64,000 nucleotides of DNA from a virus (Duplodnaviria; Caudoviricetes). The DNA lies in IMG/VR virus record IMGVR_UViG_3300031998_000009, positions 1 through 64,000 of that record; one strand, given 5' to 3'. Below the pieces are notes generated by a model. The model did no database searches, was not told the DNA's origin, and was given only the letters and a program-made list of their open reading frames with translations. The translations under genes and the position numbers were made by a program. Positions 29,025 to 39,136 of the stretch are shown piece after piece. Numbering within the stretch: the first letter of the stretch is position 1; every line of letters starts with the position of its first letter.

Positions 29025-29408
29025 TTATTTAGCTATACGGATAGTCATATAAAATCCGTTGTCATAGTCCCGACGTGTGAATCGCTCATTTAATGAATTT
29101 TTAGCGATATATCCATATGACTCTAATGTACCTATCAATACATCATATGGAATCACTTTATATCTGGAAGAACTTAATTCGATTTGTCCAATGATATTAT
29201 TTTCAGACATATGTTTGTTTACATATTCCCAGAATTCTTTTCGTGCTAATTCTTGACAGCTGTTATCTAAAGAACTAGCTGGTGCCAATACATCTATAGC
29301 TGTAAGATCTAGTTCTTTATGTGGTTTTTTATTTAAATGATCTATTATTAGTTGACCTATAAAAGTTAAAATGCTCCCTAAAAATATCCCTAAACAAAAC
29401 ATGATCAT
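29025..29408 (-). CDS. Membrane-anchored hypothetical protein
   Basis: N-terminal hydrophobic helix. Confidence 0.5.
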   Translation of the reverse strand: MIMFCLGIFLGSILTFIGQLIIDHLNKKPHKELDLTAIDVLAPASSLDNSCQELARKEFWEYVNKHMSENNIIGQIELSSSRYKVIPYDVLIGTLESYGYIAKNSLNERFTRRDYDNGFYMTIRIAK

Positions 29409-29410
29409 TA

Positions 29411-29839
29411 TCAGTATCCTCCTGTTCTAAACGGTTTGTGGCATCTATCACAAACCAATGCGTTTTTGAATTGTTTAGATTTCTTTAAGGACCACAAAAC
29501 ATACCCATTAGTTTCTTTACCACAATATGGACATTCGTACTCGTGACCGTCATGTGGACCACAATCTCGAACCCTTGCTTTCAGACATTCTGTAACAGAT
29601 TCTTCGGAAGGGTCGTACTTATTTGTGTCAGTTTCTTTTGTCTTTACTGTACCCCATACATTAGTACCACAACCTTTTGTGGGACATACACATTGCCATG
29701 TTTCTGGCATAGCAGGTACTATTGTAACACAAGGTTCGTAAGAATCACATATGAATTCACAACCACAGTTTATACAGGTAAAATAAATCTTCACGGGTAA
29801 TTTACCTTCTTTAACAATTTTCATAGTCGTGCACCTCAC
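29411..29839 (-). CDS. Multi-CxxC zinc-ribbon protein
   Basis: CINCG, CPTKGC, CPYCG, CDRC. Confidence 0.6.
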   Translation of the reverse strand: MRCTTMKIVKEGKLPVKIYFTCINCGCEFICDSYEPCVTIVPAMPETWQCVCPTKGCGTNVWGTVKTKETDTNKYDPSEESVTECLKARVRDCGPHDGHEYECPYCGKETNGYVLWSLKKSKQFKNALVCDRCHKPFRTGGY

Positions 29840-29859
29840 AATTAATTAAAGAATATTTG

Positions 29860-30594
29860 TTAATTTACGGGTGTTAAATATGTTCCATGATTAAATAATA
29901 ATTTTGTCCAACCTATAACATTTTCTAAAACCTCTACCTCAATAGTCTCACCTTTATGTGAACAAAACCAGTCTACTCCATTAGAAGGATAACTGTTAGT
30001 TATTTTATATTTATTACCATCCAGATAAATAATGCTTTTATTAAACCATTCAGTACGATCGGTATAAGCATCCGTGATAGTTAAAGTTTTCTGACCTACA
30101 GTATTATATTTGATTGTACGATTCAGTAATTCAGGAAGTAGTATACCAATAAATAAAACAGTTAAGATATATGGAATTATGTGTTTATTTTCTTTCCAGG
30201 TTTTCCATCGCTTTTCTTTCCTCGACCACATATGGTGTCGAAAACAATAACAAACATCTGGTTCTGTTAGTTTATACTCGTATCCTTCTTTACGATTATA
30301 TAGAAGAATATAACAATTATCATTCTTTACAGTCTTGTTACCTACAGTTATAGGAAAATTTGAGGTGTTATAAATAATATCTCCTGTAAGAATAGGAATA
30401 CCGTCTGCATCAATAAACTCAGATTGAAAACATTTTGGTTGAGCTACCAAAGCCAGTCCTAGTTCTTTATCAATAATGATATTATATTTTGCTACCTCTG
30501 TAGAAAGTTCTTCTGCTAAATCTTCTGCTTCTGTTACTGTATCAAAACAACTTATACATTTATCTCTATACTTTTTAGGAATTTTCTTCAACAT
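29860..30594 (-). CDS. Hypothetical membrane protein
   Basis: 244 aa; one central TM segment; YopX-like DADGIPILTGDII. Confidence 0.5.
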   Translation of the reverse strand: MLKKIPKKYRDKCISCFDTVTEAEDLAEELSTEVAKYNIIIDKELGLALVAQPKCFQSEFIDADGIPILTGDIIYNTSNFPITVGNKTVKNDNCYILLYNRKEGYEYKLTEPDVCYCFRHHMWSRKEKRWKTWKENKHIIPYILTVLFIGILLPELLNRTIKYNTVGQKTLTITDAYTDRTEWFNKSIIYLDGNKYKITNSYPSNGVDWFCSHKGETIEVEVLENVIGWTKLLFNHGTYLTPVN

Positions 30595-31302
30595 ATAATT
30601 TTTCCTTCTGTCGTATTTCTCTTTTTTTCTTTTTTACGAGCGATTTGTTTCTCCCTATGTTCACGACATCTTGTAACATATTCATCAGCACTGCGACGAC
30701 GTCCTTCTTCTGTTCCAAAAGAAACACGCCAATCTTCGTTTATCATTTGCCAACAACTGAAACCTAGCTTTTTGAAATAGTGCTTAAATGTTTCAAAAGC
30801 CATTTCTGCATCTTCGGAGCTACTAAATTCAAACCGTTTACTAGACTTATCCCGAGGAACATATTTCAGATGAACTCTTTCATACTTCTCACAGAAACTA
30901 TTGATAACTAACATATAGGGTTTATCGTTGTGAAGCTCGTTAAAAGATTTCACATACTCTCTTATCATTTTCTTGTCAAACATAATAGTTCCTCCTTTTA
31001 GAAATCTTCGACATCTTGTCCAAGATAATCCTTCTCGATATATCCGTAAAAATGAACTGGGTCTTCTTCACTGATAAATCTAATAAATGCGTCTAACATA
31101 CCTTCTGAGTCTTTGACACCGTTTACATCACGACTACAAAATGCTGTATCAAATGTCTTAACAACACGTTCAGCCATAACCTTTGCTTTACGAAAAACAT
31201 TCATATTTCTGAAATGGATATTCTTGAAATAACCTGCCATTCCAGGAGCAACCGTATCTGTAATAAGGTTTCCATTTACATGAACTTTAATAGTGTTCTC
31301 CA
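30588..31302 (-). CDS. Two hypothetical genes (30588..30983, 30998..~31302)
   Basis: RBS-preceded ORFs directly downstream of P6. Confidence 0.5.
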
Positions 31303-31343
31303 TAACGCAAACCTCCTTCAAATAGTTCTTTACTACTATACAT

Positions 31344-31372
31344 AGTATAACACATTTCAAAGAAAAAGTCAA
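31344..31372 (-). promoter_or_regulatory. Early promoter P6
   Basis: TTGACT-17 bp-TATACT. Confidence 0.9.
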
Positions 31373-31395
31373 GTGTTTACAGAAATAATTAAAAC

Positions 31396-31426
31396 AAAAA
31401 CTTCACAAATAAATTGTGAAGTTTTT
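31396..31426 (-). terminator. Terminator hairpin upstream of P6
   Basis: AAAAACTTCACAA/TTGTGAAGTTTTT. Confidence 0.85.
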
Positions 31427-31442
31427 GTATAGTATTACATAT

Positions 31443-31640
31443 TTAATTTGTTTTAACATACAGTCCACAATGACATTTTCCTTCAAAGTTTTCATCTTTA
31501 ACTTTATCACGGAAATCTTTGCACATACATTTAGTATCCGGAGTTTTTTCAATACGACATGGACAGTAACCGTTGTTCATTTCCAAAGCTACCTTTATCT
31601 CTTCTACAAGATTAGTATCCGGATTAATGCTTATTGGCAT
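31443..31640 (-). CDS. Ferredoxin-thioredoxin reductase catalytic-subunit-like protein
   Basis: GYCPCR..CMC..CHCGLYVK. Confidence 0.85.
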   Translation of the reverse strand: MPISINPDTNLVEEIKVALEMNNGYCPCRIEKTPDTKCMCKDFRDKVKDENFEGKCHCGLYVKTN

Positions 31641-31890
31641 CGTTTATTCTTCCTTTCACAAATTTTTCTGTTAGAACTAATGTATCTAGTACAGACAGAA
31701 GTCTATATGTTTCCTCACCATACCAGTTATTATCAACTAGTTCCTGAATTGTTTTCTTGGACTCTTTAATAAGATCAAGAATAGAAATATTAGTTGTTTC
31801 TTTTGTCTCGTTAGAACAGCTCTTACATATCATAGTTCCTTCCGGAATAACTTTACCACAACATACACAGGTGTTATCCATGTTAGTCAC
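31624..31890 (-). CDS. Zinc-ribbon protein
   Basis: CVCCG.VIPEG..CKSC. Confidence 0.6.
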   Translation of the reverse strand: MTNMDNTCVCCGKVIPEGTMICKSCSNETKETTNISILDLIKESKKTIQELVDNNWYGEETYRLLSVLDTLVLTEKFVKGRINDANKH

Positions 31891-31893
31891 CTC

Positions 31894-32385
31894 TTAATGG
31901 TTATCGTTATCAATAATAACATGAATCCCAGGGTTAAACAAGAATTCTGCTACAGAAGTAACATGCCAGTCATTCAAGAAATTTTGATAACTAAATGCAT
32001 CATTTGTATTCGTATACAGCGACTGATGATCAATACAGTAATCACCAAAATCTGTAATTACAATTCCAGAATAACCATATTCTTTAAGTTCAGATTCGAG
32101 TTGTTTAATTTCAGGAAGTTCCTTATAACTTTTCTCAAGATCAAAGTCTTCCTCGTCATAATTATGATCTTCCGCGATCATTGTTACAAGATAACTTAAT
32201 TTTTCAGAAGGTGTAGTTAGTTCATCTGGACCCCAACTATACCAACCAAGTTCCACCTCTACCTCATTGTTTTCATTTTTAGGTAGGTTTTTCATTCCTC
32301 TCCATTCTTCCTTACCTTTAATAGTAACAGAATGACATGAAGAACTGTTTGTTTCAAAAACTCCTCTTCTGATTGAAATTTTCAT
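31894..32385 (-). CDS. FETNSSS-motif protein
   Basis: MKISIRRGVFETNSSSCHS..EKLSYL..IDHQS..IIDNDNH. Confidence 0.7.
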   Translation of the reverse strand: MKISIRRGVFETNSSSCHSVTIKGKEEWRGMKNLPKNENNEVEVELGWYSWGPDELTTPSEKLSYLVTMIAEDHNYDEEDFDLEKSYKELPEIKQLESELKEYGYSGIVITDFGDYCIDHQSLYTNTNDAFSYQNFLNDWHVTSVAEFLFNPGIHVIIDNDNH

Positions 32386-32387
32386 AG

Positions 32388-32918
32388 TTAATCTTCCTCC
32401 TCGAATTCTTCATTTTCATCATTATTATAGGGTGTGTCAACTGTATTCTTATTTACAATTCCAAGATGAACCATATCCATGAAGATATTGTATTCATCAC
32501 CGTCACAAATAATAATATATTTCTCATTAACCAAGAAATCTTCCAGTGAGATATTGTGATCAGCTAAAAAACAAGTAAGGTTTACATCACCTTCACTATA
32601 TCCACTATCATAAACATCTGTGAAACCCTTAAACTCCGGGATGTACTTTTCTACAATATTTTCCAGTTCTTCCATCAGAGTATCTTTATACCTCGCCATC
32701 TCGTAAACGTAACAAACCTTCTCGTAAAACTTTGACAGGTATCGAAAAGGAGCTCTTCCGAATGAAGGATTATCCATCTTCCACATACCTTTACCATTGA
32801 TAAAATTTTCAAGAATATAGTCTCTGTCTACAGCAATCTTATCACTATTACTATTTATTGCAATAGAGTGACTAGAAGAACTATTGGTTTCAAATACACC
32901 ACGTCTGATAGAAATCAT
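32388..32918 (-). CDS. FETNSSS-motif protein
   Basis: MISIRRGVFETNSSSSHS..EKVCY..IICDGDE. Confidence 0.7.
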   Translation of the reverse strand: MISIRRGVFETNSSSSHSIAINSNSDKIAVDRDYILENFINGKGMWKMDNPSFGRAPFRYLSKFYEKVCYVYEMARYKDTLMEELENIVEKYIPEFKGFTDVYDSGYSEGDVNLTCFLADHNISLEDFLVNEKYIIICDGDEYNIFMDMVHLGIVNKNTVDTPYNNDENEEFEEED

Positions 32919-32929
32919 AATATCCTCCT

Positions 32930-33592
32930 TTATTCATTGATAACAGTCGCAGATTCTTTATAATCATTAAACAAAATAATTTTATACTCGTCCTTATTAA
33001 ACATATTATCGGCTAACATTCTATCAATATAACCTTCTTCCATATCATCCAAAATAAGAATATAATCTTTTTTGAAGATAATGTCTAAAATAGAAGGCAC
33101 ATACTTTTCAATATGTTTAATAAATGAATAAGAACAGATCTTCCCATAATTAATAAGAGGTGGTTCATCTGGATCTTCAATATTATAATAATACTGTCTA
33201 TAATTAAGTTCTGTTACCTTTGGAAAATCAAATCTATTAAATTCTGGAAATAGTTCTCTTATTTCTTGTACAAGATTGTCTAATTCAACATTAGCGTCTT
33301 CTTGTGTATAGGCACCTTTACTGTGAAGTAAAGAAGCTATATAAAAACGAAGTTTATTCCAGGGTTCATCGAGGATAGTAATATTATTTTCATTCATCCA
33401 GATAAGTTCGTTATATCTTTTGCTATCAAGTCTTAAAATACCATTTTTGTACTCTTTCCATGATCCATCTTCATCTTTAGCCCAAGAAGTATCATACCCG
33501 GATAACTCGGACTTCATAGCACTGAATAATGCCTTACAATAATCGGAAGTACCGTTTTTCTTGATAAACAAATAAACTTTCAAATCTCTCAT
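32930..33592 (-). CDS. Possible diverged third paralog lacking the NSSS motif
   Basis: PWNKLRFY and ILDIIFKKDYILILDD match segments of the two FETNSSS proteins. Confidence 0.45.
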   Translation of the reverse strand: MRDLKVYLFIKKNGTSDYCKALFSAMKSELSGYDTSWAKDEDGSWKEYKNGILRLDSKRYNELIWMNENNITILDEPWNKLRFYIASLLHSKGAYTQEDANVELDNLVQEIRELFPEFNRFDFPKVTELNYRQYYYNIEDPDEPPLINYGKICSYSFIKHIEKYVPSILDIIFKKDYILILDDMEEGYIDRMLADNMFNKDEYKIILFNDYKESATVINE

Positions 33593-34500
33593 TACTTACC
33601 TACCTCCGTTCTTACTTTACTGAACATAGTTTCAATACACTCGCTTGTGAATGGATATCTTTTATCGGATGTAGAACTCACTGCATATTCACGTTTTACG
33701 GCATCCACATACATTGTGAAGTTACCATCGTCACCCATATAGAAATGATCCCAATCTTCTTCAGGTACAATAGATTTAACGTCTAACTGTTTGATGGCAA
33801 GATTATCAAAACTTACTACTTTGAATTTCTCAATAATTTCTGGAAGCATCGAAGCGATCTTATTAATTCTTGTATCAATAAGAGCCCCTCTATCTACAGA
33901 ACTTTTGTAAAATGTATTTCCTTTTCTGAAATGTTTATAACCCAAGATCAACAGTTTAATATTCTGATTGTACATTCTTCGAAGCTGTGGTCTAGATACA
34001 ATACCGGCAATAACATGAATAACAGCATTAGGAATTTCCTTTACAAGTTCAATAAACTCCGGTGTAGGTTCCATAAGTGAAATACCCAGACCATAAATAA
34101 GTTTGTTATCAACAAGTTCTTTAATACTATCGAAGTATCTTTCAAAATGATACTGATTTACCGTCATATTACAGATCAAATTATGTTCTTTGCACATAAT
34201 AAGAAACTGTTCCAAATCAGGATGTTCCAGTGGATTACCGCCACCGATTGCAATCTCTGTATATGGATTTAGTGTTTTAATAAACGGAAGATTCATAATG
34301 TCACCATGTTCACCTGAGCTACTAGATGCTTCGTGACACCACATACAGTTTCTATCACATTTATTAGTGATTTTCAAATCCATTGACTCCGGTTTTGTGG
34401 GTACATAAGTATCTTCTTTACAAAAACGAATTTTTGTTCCATCTGAAAACATTGTAATAGTATAGTTTCCATTTTGAGTTGTTCCAATAAGTTGAGACAT
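33592..34500 (-). CDS. Radical SAM protein
   Basis: CDRNCMWC CxxxCxxC motif; PESMDLKITN, GGGNPLEHP, VSFDNLA. Confidence 0.9.
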   Translation of the reverse strand: MSQLIGTTQNGNYTITMFSDGTKIRFCKEDTYVPTKPESMDLKITNKCDRNCMWCHEASSSSGEHGDIMNLPFIKTLNPYTEIAIGGGNPLEHPDLEQFLIMCKEHNLICNMTVNQYHFERYFDSIKELVDNKLIYGLGISLMEPTPEFIELVKEIPNAVIHVIAGIVSRPQLRRMYNQNIKLLILGYKHFRKGNTFYKSSVDRGALIDTRINKIASMLPEIIEKFKVVSFDNLAIKQLDVKSIVPEEDWDHFYMGDDGNFTMYVDAVKREYAVSSTSDKRYPFTSECIETMFSKVRTEVGK

Positions 34501-34511
34501 ATAAACCTCCT

Positions 34512-34973
34512 TTAAAACGTCAATAGAGTATAATCTGGAGAATCCAATGTGGAAGGTACATAGGAAGGATTATCCGAATAAAGTTTATCATAAGAACCTT
34601 TTAGATATTCGTCTATCTCGATATCTATCCCTAAATACTCATAATTCCAATCGAATTTAGTTGAATCCCACACAGTACAATCGTTTATTTTATACTTTTT
34701 AGATGGACTTGCTAAACATTCCATAAGAAGTTTCTTCTCATGAGAATTAAGTTTCCAGAGTTCTTTCCCGTCTGTTTGATGATATGTCCATCTAGGAGCA
34801 AAAAACATAAGACGTATAACAGAGTCTGCATTTCTGTAATCTGTGTTATTATAAAATTTAAAGTATGGATCACCTATTCGGTTAGAGTCTGGATTAACAG
34901 CAACAGACACATTATTCTTAAAATCTCTGTGAACGGTTGCCATTTCAAATAATTCATTTTTAAGTGGTATCAT
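34512..34973 (-). CDS. DUF4160-like paralog with LxE leader
   Basis: MIPLKNELFE-MA; IGDPYFKFY; C-terminal PDYTLL. Confidence 0.5.
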   Translation of the reverse strand: MIPLKNELFEMATVHRDFKNNVSVAVNPDSNRIGDPYFKFYNNTDYRNADSVIRLMFFAPRWTYHQTDGKELWKLNSHEKKLLMECLASPSKKYKINDCTVWDSTKFDWNYEYLGIDIEIDEYLKGSYDKLYSDNPSYVPSTLDSPDYTLLTF

Positions 34974-34985
34974 AATAATTTCCTT

Positions 34986-35375
34986 TCAAACATAAGGTAA
35001 ATAGTCAACAAACTTTTTATCTATAAGGTCATACCTATATCTAACAGTGTCACAAGTCTCCTCTATATAATAATAACAGTTCAACACATTGTTACCGTTG
35101 AAGTTCAAATAATAACTTCCAAGGTGCTCCAAAAACTGAATACACATCTGACCAGAAGTTACTGTACTAAAATCTTTACCGTAAAAGAAACTCAATAACA
35201 ATGTTAGATCTACATCCTTAAAAGATATGGTAAATTTATCTCCATTCTGGAAGTAAAACTCGACATCGGATGTGTTTACAGTTTCCTCCAAGGTATAGTT
35301 CCCGAATGTGTCTGTATCCCAGTCTGTTTCAATCTTAACTAGATTAGTATTCTGTAATTTTACAAGAATATCCAT
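34986..35375 (-). CDS. Hypothetical protein
   Basis: 129 aa with AGGAGG RBS. Confidence 0.55.
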   Translation of the reverse strand: MDILVKLQNTNLVKIETDWDTDTFGNYTLEETVNTSDVEFYFQNGDKFTISFKDVDLTLLLSFFYGKDFSTVTSGQMCIQFLEHLGSYYLNFNGNNVLNCYYYIEETCDTVRYRYDLIDKKFVDYLPYV

Positions 35376-35389
35376 TTAGAAGTCCTCCT

Positions 35390-35797
35390 TTATTTGATCT
35401 TCCACACTTTTCCCACACATTTATCTGTGCAGTCCCAAATGTCGTGAACCTTACCGTCAATAACAACCGTCAGATGATGTGAACCCATATGACAAATGTA
35501 AACACCGGTATTAAACTCTTCACAGAACTGTTTTCCTGTATATTTAGTTTTATCCGGATGTCTTGGAGATTTAAGTTCTGTAAACATCTTGAGTTTATGT
35601 TTTAGGAGTTTCGGATCGTTGATAGAGTACCCTGTCTGAAGTGAAAGTACTACCATAGATTCCAAGGTATTTTTATAGGTATCACCCAGTGCATTAGCAA
35701 GTGCTCTAATAGTGCAATCACCTGTGTGTTTACCTTTTGGATTAAGATTTTCGTAAACGAACCATTTAGTATTAGGATCAACAATTCGCTTTGCCAT
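35390..35797 (-). CDS. Conserved phage protein, papain-like/C39-like fold suspected
   Basis: NPKG..GDCTIRAL..HLTVVIDG..DIWD (Cys-His-Asp pattern). Confidence 0.6.
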   Translation of the reverse strand: MAKRIVDPNTKWFVYENLNPKGKHTGDCTIRALANALGDTYKNTLESMVVLSLQTGYSINDPKLLKHKLKMFTELKSPRHPDKTKYTGKQFCEEFNTGVYICHMGSHHLTVVIDGKVHDIWDCTDKCVGKVWKIK

Positions 35798-35836
35798 AAT
35801 CTTAACCTCCTCAATAACATTTACTTTACTATATAT

Positions 35837-35865
35837 AGTATAACATATTATAAAGAAAAAGTCAA
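35837..35865 (-). promoter_or_regulatory. Early promoter P7
   Basis: TTGACT-17 bp-TATACT. Confidence 0.9.
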
Positions 35866-35922
35866 GAGGTTATAGAAATAATTTTATTTTAACTAATAAA
35901 ATTATTTCAATTATAACCTCTT
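35863..35922 (-). terminator. Long inverted repeat abutting the -35 box of P7
   Basis: CAAGAGGTTATA..GAAATAATTTTATT/AATAAAATTATTTC..TATAACCTCTTG. Confidence 0.65.
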
Positions 35923-35976
35923 GTTTTTGTATAATATAATAATATTAAATTTAATATGAATAAGTAAAGTTAAAAG

Positions 35977-36234
35977 TTAATCTATTCTGGTTACACTATT
36001 CGGAATGGTTATTGATTTTAATCTTTCATTAGAATTGAATGTTGTGGCTTCTATCTCTGTAATAATATTGCCATCAATAGAATCGTCCATATCCAATTTA
36101 GCTTTTCTACCATAATATAGATAGACTGTACAGGTGTTTGGAGAAGAACCTGTTACAAAGTAATAAAATTGAGGTGGTAGTTTAGTAGGTATAGACAAAT
36201 AATACTTTTTTAATATTTCGATTCTAGGTGTCAT
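35977..36234 (-). CDS. Small protein ending in a single BspA-type leucine-rich repeat
   Basis: ITEIEATTF..LKSITIPNSVTRID. Confidence 0.6.
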   Translation of the reverse strand: MTPRIEILKKYYLSIPTKLPPQFYYFVTGSSPNTCTVYLYYGRKAKLDMDDSIDGNIITEIEATTFNSNERLKSITIPNSVTRID

Positions 36235-36249
36235 AATAAATTCCTCCTA

Positions 36250-37695
36250 TCACGAACTTGGTTCCTCGTATCCAGCTACTACTGCACAGATATGAAAACC
36301 GTCATTAAATAACAATATATGAATAACTGACATTGTTGTAATATCTATTTCTGGATTCATTAAATATATTCGAGTACTATCATTTGCTGTAAAGTTTGTC
36401 ATTAGATCTTCTGCAGCAGTTGTATTTGAAGATTTTCTAAATATAATAACAGCGTTATAATCTCTGGGCGTAATGGATTGTATAATTGTAGTAGGATCGC
36501 CGTAAGTTACTGGATCACTCCATGTAGTCGAGCCAATATCCAATACATTAATTGCTGCCACTGTATGATTTTCCAATGTTGTTTCTGTACTGTTTTGAGG
36601 TAATCTAGATAAAGATAATGTAGAGTTATCGGAAGGAATACTAATTGAATCTAATAGAGATACAAGAGATGTTCCATGTTGACATATGACATTACCTTGA
36701 AATCTTCCGTTTCCACTAGTATCAAGAGAAAAAGCATTAGTTCTATGTGTTTCATCAGAACCGTTACCTACAGCAAAAATAGTTCTGTTATAATCGTAAT
36801 TATATTTACCAAATATCGTGACTGTATTAGGATTTGAATATTGTGCACGAAGATTATTACCCCAAACAAAAGACGCATATTTGTAGATACTTACATCACT
36901 ATAAACACCACCTACGGTGTTGAATTTTCCGGCAACATTATTGCCGACTCCGTAACTGTTACATCCTAAAGAATAATCGGCAATACCTGTATAGGTAAAT
37001 CCAGTAGGTACAGGGGGTAAGCTGTCCTTTATTGTGTCCGGAACGTCATTTGGATCACCTATATTAAATGCTGTACTGGCAATACCAAAATTCTTATTAC
37101 CTACACCAAAAGCAGAAGCGTACAGATTAACAGCTACGTTATTATGTTTATATTCGGAAGAGTTATTATCTTCATCGAAAACATAATTGTATATTTCGGC
37201 ACCAGGAGCTCCTGTATAAGTGCTTCCATCTACAGTGACAGATTTACCTGTCATACTCGCACCCACACCAAATATCTTACTATCGTGTCTACGAATGGTA
37301 ATATTATCCGGTTCTATATTACTACCTATACAATCTAGGAACTTCTGACCGTTCCACATAATGGCACGAAAATATTTATTACCTTCACTATCAAGCTGTG
37401 TACACACGAGCATTTTATCTTTAACTCTATAATCAACTGGAATATTGTAATTATGTGCTGGGTCTGTAAAATCTACATTTTGTATATCACTAATATCTAA
37501 TACGTCACATTGTTTTGATTTACCTACACACAAAGATGCAATTTTTGCTGTCTGGGAAGAAGTTTCTCTGATAAAGTAAACACCGTTTGTTTTGATACCA
37601 CCTTCACTTTCAGGTATCTGTGAAAGTGTATCATATGTTATTCTATCTAATATATAAATTTTAGTGGTCTGTGCATCTATTGCCATTCTAATCAT
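36250..37695 (-). CDS. Tail fibre/spike-like structural protein
   Basis: 481 aa; Gly/Asn beta-helix repeats; IFAVGNG..RTNAF..GNG motif typical of phage fibres. Confidence 0.65.
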   Translation of the reverse strand: MIRMAIDAQTTKIYILDRITYDTLSQIPESEGGIKTNGVYFIRETSSQTAKIASLCVGKSKQCDVLDISDIQNVDFTDPAHNYNIPVDYRVKDKMLVCTQLDSEGNKYFRAIMWNGQKFLDCIGSNIEPDNITIRRHDSKIFGVGASMTGKSVTVDGSTYTGAPGAEIYNYVFDEDNNSSEYKHNNVAVNLYASAFGVGNKNFGIASTAFNIGDPNDVPDTIKDSLPPVPTGFTYTGIADYSLGCNSYGVGNNVAGKFNTVGGVYSDVSIYKYASFVWGNNLRAQYSNPNTVTIFGKYNYDYNRTIFAVGNGSDETHRTNAFSLDTSGNGRFQGNVICQHGTSLVSLLDSISIPSDNSTLSLSRLPQNSTETTLENHTVAAINVLDIGSTTWSDPVTYGDPTTIIQSITPRDYNAVIIFRKSSNTTAAEDLMTNFTANDSTRIYLMNPEIDITTMSVIHILLFNDGFHICAVVAGYEEPSS

Positions 37696-37709
37696 CCTCT
37701 CATAAAAAG

Positions 37710-37765
37710 AAAACCACTTTGTATTGGATCACTACTAATTAGTGTTCCGTCAAAGCGGTTTTATT
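37710..37765 (-). terminator. Hairpin between 37798..38979 and the fibre gene
   Basis: AAAACCACTTTG/CAAAGCGGTTTT with inner GGATCACTA/TAGTGTTCC; U-tract on the minus strand. Confidence 0.55.
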
Positions 37766-37797
37766 TTATAATATATAATTTATTTCCTACAATTTGA

Positions 37798-38979
37798 TTA
37801 TGCTACTTTGTAGGCTATAACTTTGCATCTAGTAAGTACTGTTTGTTTTTCTTCCTTATATTCTGTGTGGTCTTTGATAGTTCCAGTAATTGTGACGTTC
37901 GTTACTGTATCAATTTCTACAAGGTGTCCTTTTTCATCGTAGAACTCAAGGTATCCAGAGGTTTTCCAAATGTAAATGTTTCCTTCGTTATCTACGAACT
38001 TGTAGATTCTGGTATAACCAAACTGTGTTTCGTATCCACCTACCAGCTTAATAGTTCCAGTAACAGTGATTTTAGTTCCTTTGGTACCTACGAAGTTGCT
38101 GAGTTTTGCAGATTCAAGTCTATTCTTTTCCTGTTCGATTCTAGTAATGATTTTCTTATACAGTTCGTAAGCATATGCTACAAAACCATTTGCACCTGTA
38201 ATAGGCTTCTTACCAGTAACAAATATCATTGTATCATGTTCGAAAGGATCACGAGTATCTGTAAAGTTATTAAAGAACTCAATAACTTTCTTTGCCTTTT
38301 CTACATAAGTCCCTTCAATGTTATTCTTTTTGTAATTACGGAATGCTTCGAATTTGAGTTCCTTGTTATAACCGTATGTTTCAATAAGTTTAATGCAATT
38401 TGCCAGGTAGTTGGTTATATCCAGGCACTCTTTATAGTATCCGGTATAGTCCATAGGAATTTCAAGATCCTGATTGATCCACTCCTGGATCTCGTAAAAG
38501 TATTTGTAGAACATTTCAACATTGTATCCAATGAAGTCCTTGAGGCAAGTAGTACCTACCATAATCTCTTTACCAGTTTCTTCGTGAATAAGAACAACTG
38601 CTTTGTTTCTTTTGTGATTAGTCTTGCAGTGGTCACATCTAATGGTAGAATGTGTGTACTGTCTGAAATCCATTTCTTCATCGACTGTGTAAACAAGATT
38701 TCCTTCAACAGCCTGCTCTACAACACAACCCACTTTATATCCGGAGATTCTGTAAGGAGTGAAGTTAAGAACATATTCCACGCATTCCACATTCATGGAA
38801 CCGACCTTATATTTGGTCTGCGTAAGCTGATCAATGTTGTAAACAGGAACTTCCTTTACAAACTCTCGAACCGGGTAAAACTCTTTTGTAGCTCCGATGG
38901 AGTCCAGTTTCTTGAAAATTCTATTTACTTTTTTAGTAAGTTCTTCAAACAAAACTTTAGTTGTTACATAAGTCTTCAT
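37798..38979 (-). CDS. Conserved phage protein with Zn motif and C-terminal OB fold
   Basis: CDHC..R..VGTTCLKDF; FVGTKG..GTIKDH.EY..KQTVLTRCK. RBS-supported start at 38979. Confidence 0.7.
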   Translation of the reverse strand: MKTYVTTKVLFEELTKKVNRIFKKLDSIGATKEFYPVREFVKEVPVYNIDQLTQTKYKVGSMNVECVEYVLNFTPYRISGYKVGCVVEQAVEGNLVYTVDEEMDFRQYTHSTIRCDHCKTNHKRNKAVVLIHEETGKEIMVGTTCLKDFIGYNVEMFYKYFYEIQEWINQDLEIPMDYTGYYKECLDITNYLANCIKLIETYGYNKELKFEAFRNYKKNNIEGTYVEKAKKVIEFFNNFTDTRDPFEHDTMIFVTGKKPITGANGFVAYAYELYKKIITRIEQEKNRLESAKLSNFVGTKGTKITVTGTIKLVGGYETQFGYTRIYKFVDNEGNIYIWKTSGYLEFYDEKGHLVEIDTVTNVTITGTIKDHTEYKEEKQTVLTRCKVIAYKVA

Positions 38980-39027
38980 ATCCAGTACCTCCAAGCAGTT
39001 ATTCTATATACATTTCTTACTATATAT

Positions 39028-39056
39028 AGTATAACATATTTTAGAGGAAATGTCAA
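39028..39056 (-). promoter_or_regulatory. Early promoter P8
   Basis: TTGACA-17 bp-TATACT. Confidence 0.9.
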
Positions 39057-39077
39057 GTAGTTACAGAAAAATTCAAT

Positions 39078-39110
39078 AAAAAATGCCCACAAAGATTGTG
39101 AGCATTTTTT
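39078..39110 (-). terminator. Terminator hairpin upstream of P8
   Basis: AAAAATGCCCACAA/TTGTGAGCATTTTT. Confidence 0.8.
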
Positions 39111-39136
39111 GTATAGATTATACAGTTTATTACATA

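Noticed and set aside
37843-39060. 405-aa plus-strand ORF
   Set aside because: Antisense shadow of the conserved minus-strand gene 37798..38979; Phe/Ser/Ile-rich composition and no RBS. The same applies to the other plus-strand ORFs in the track.
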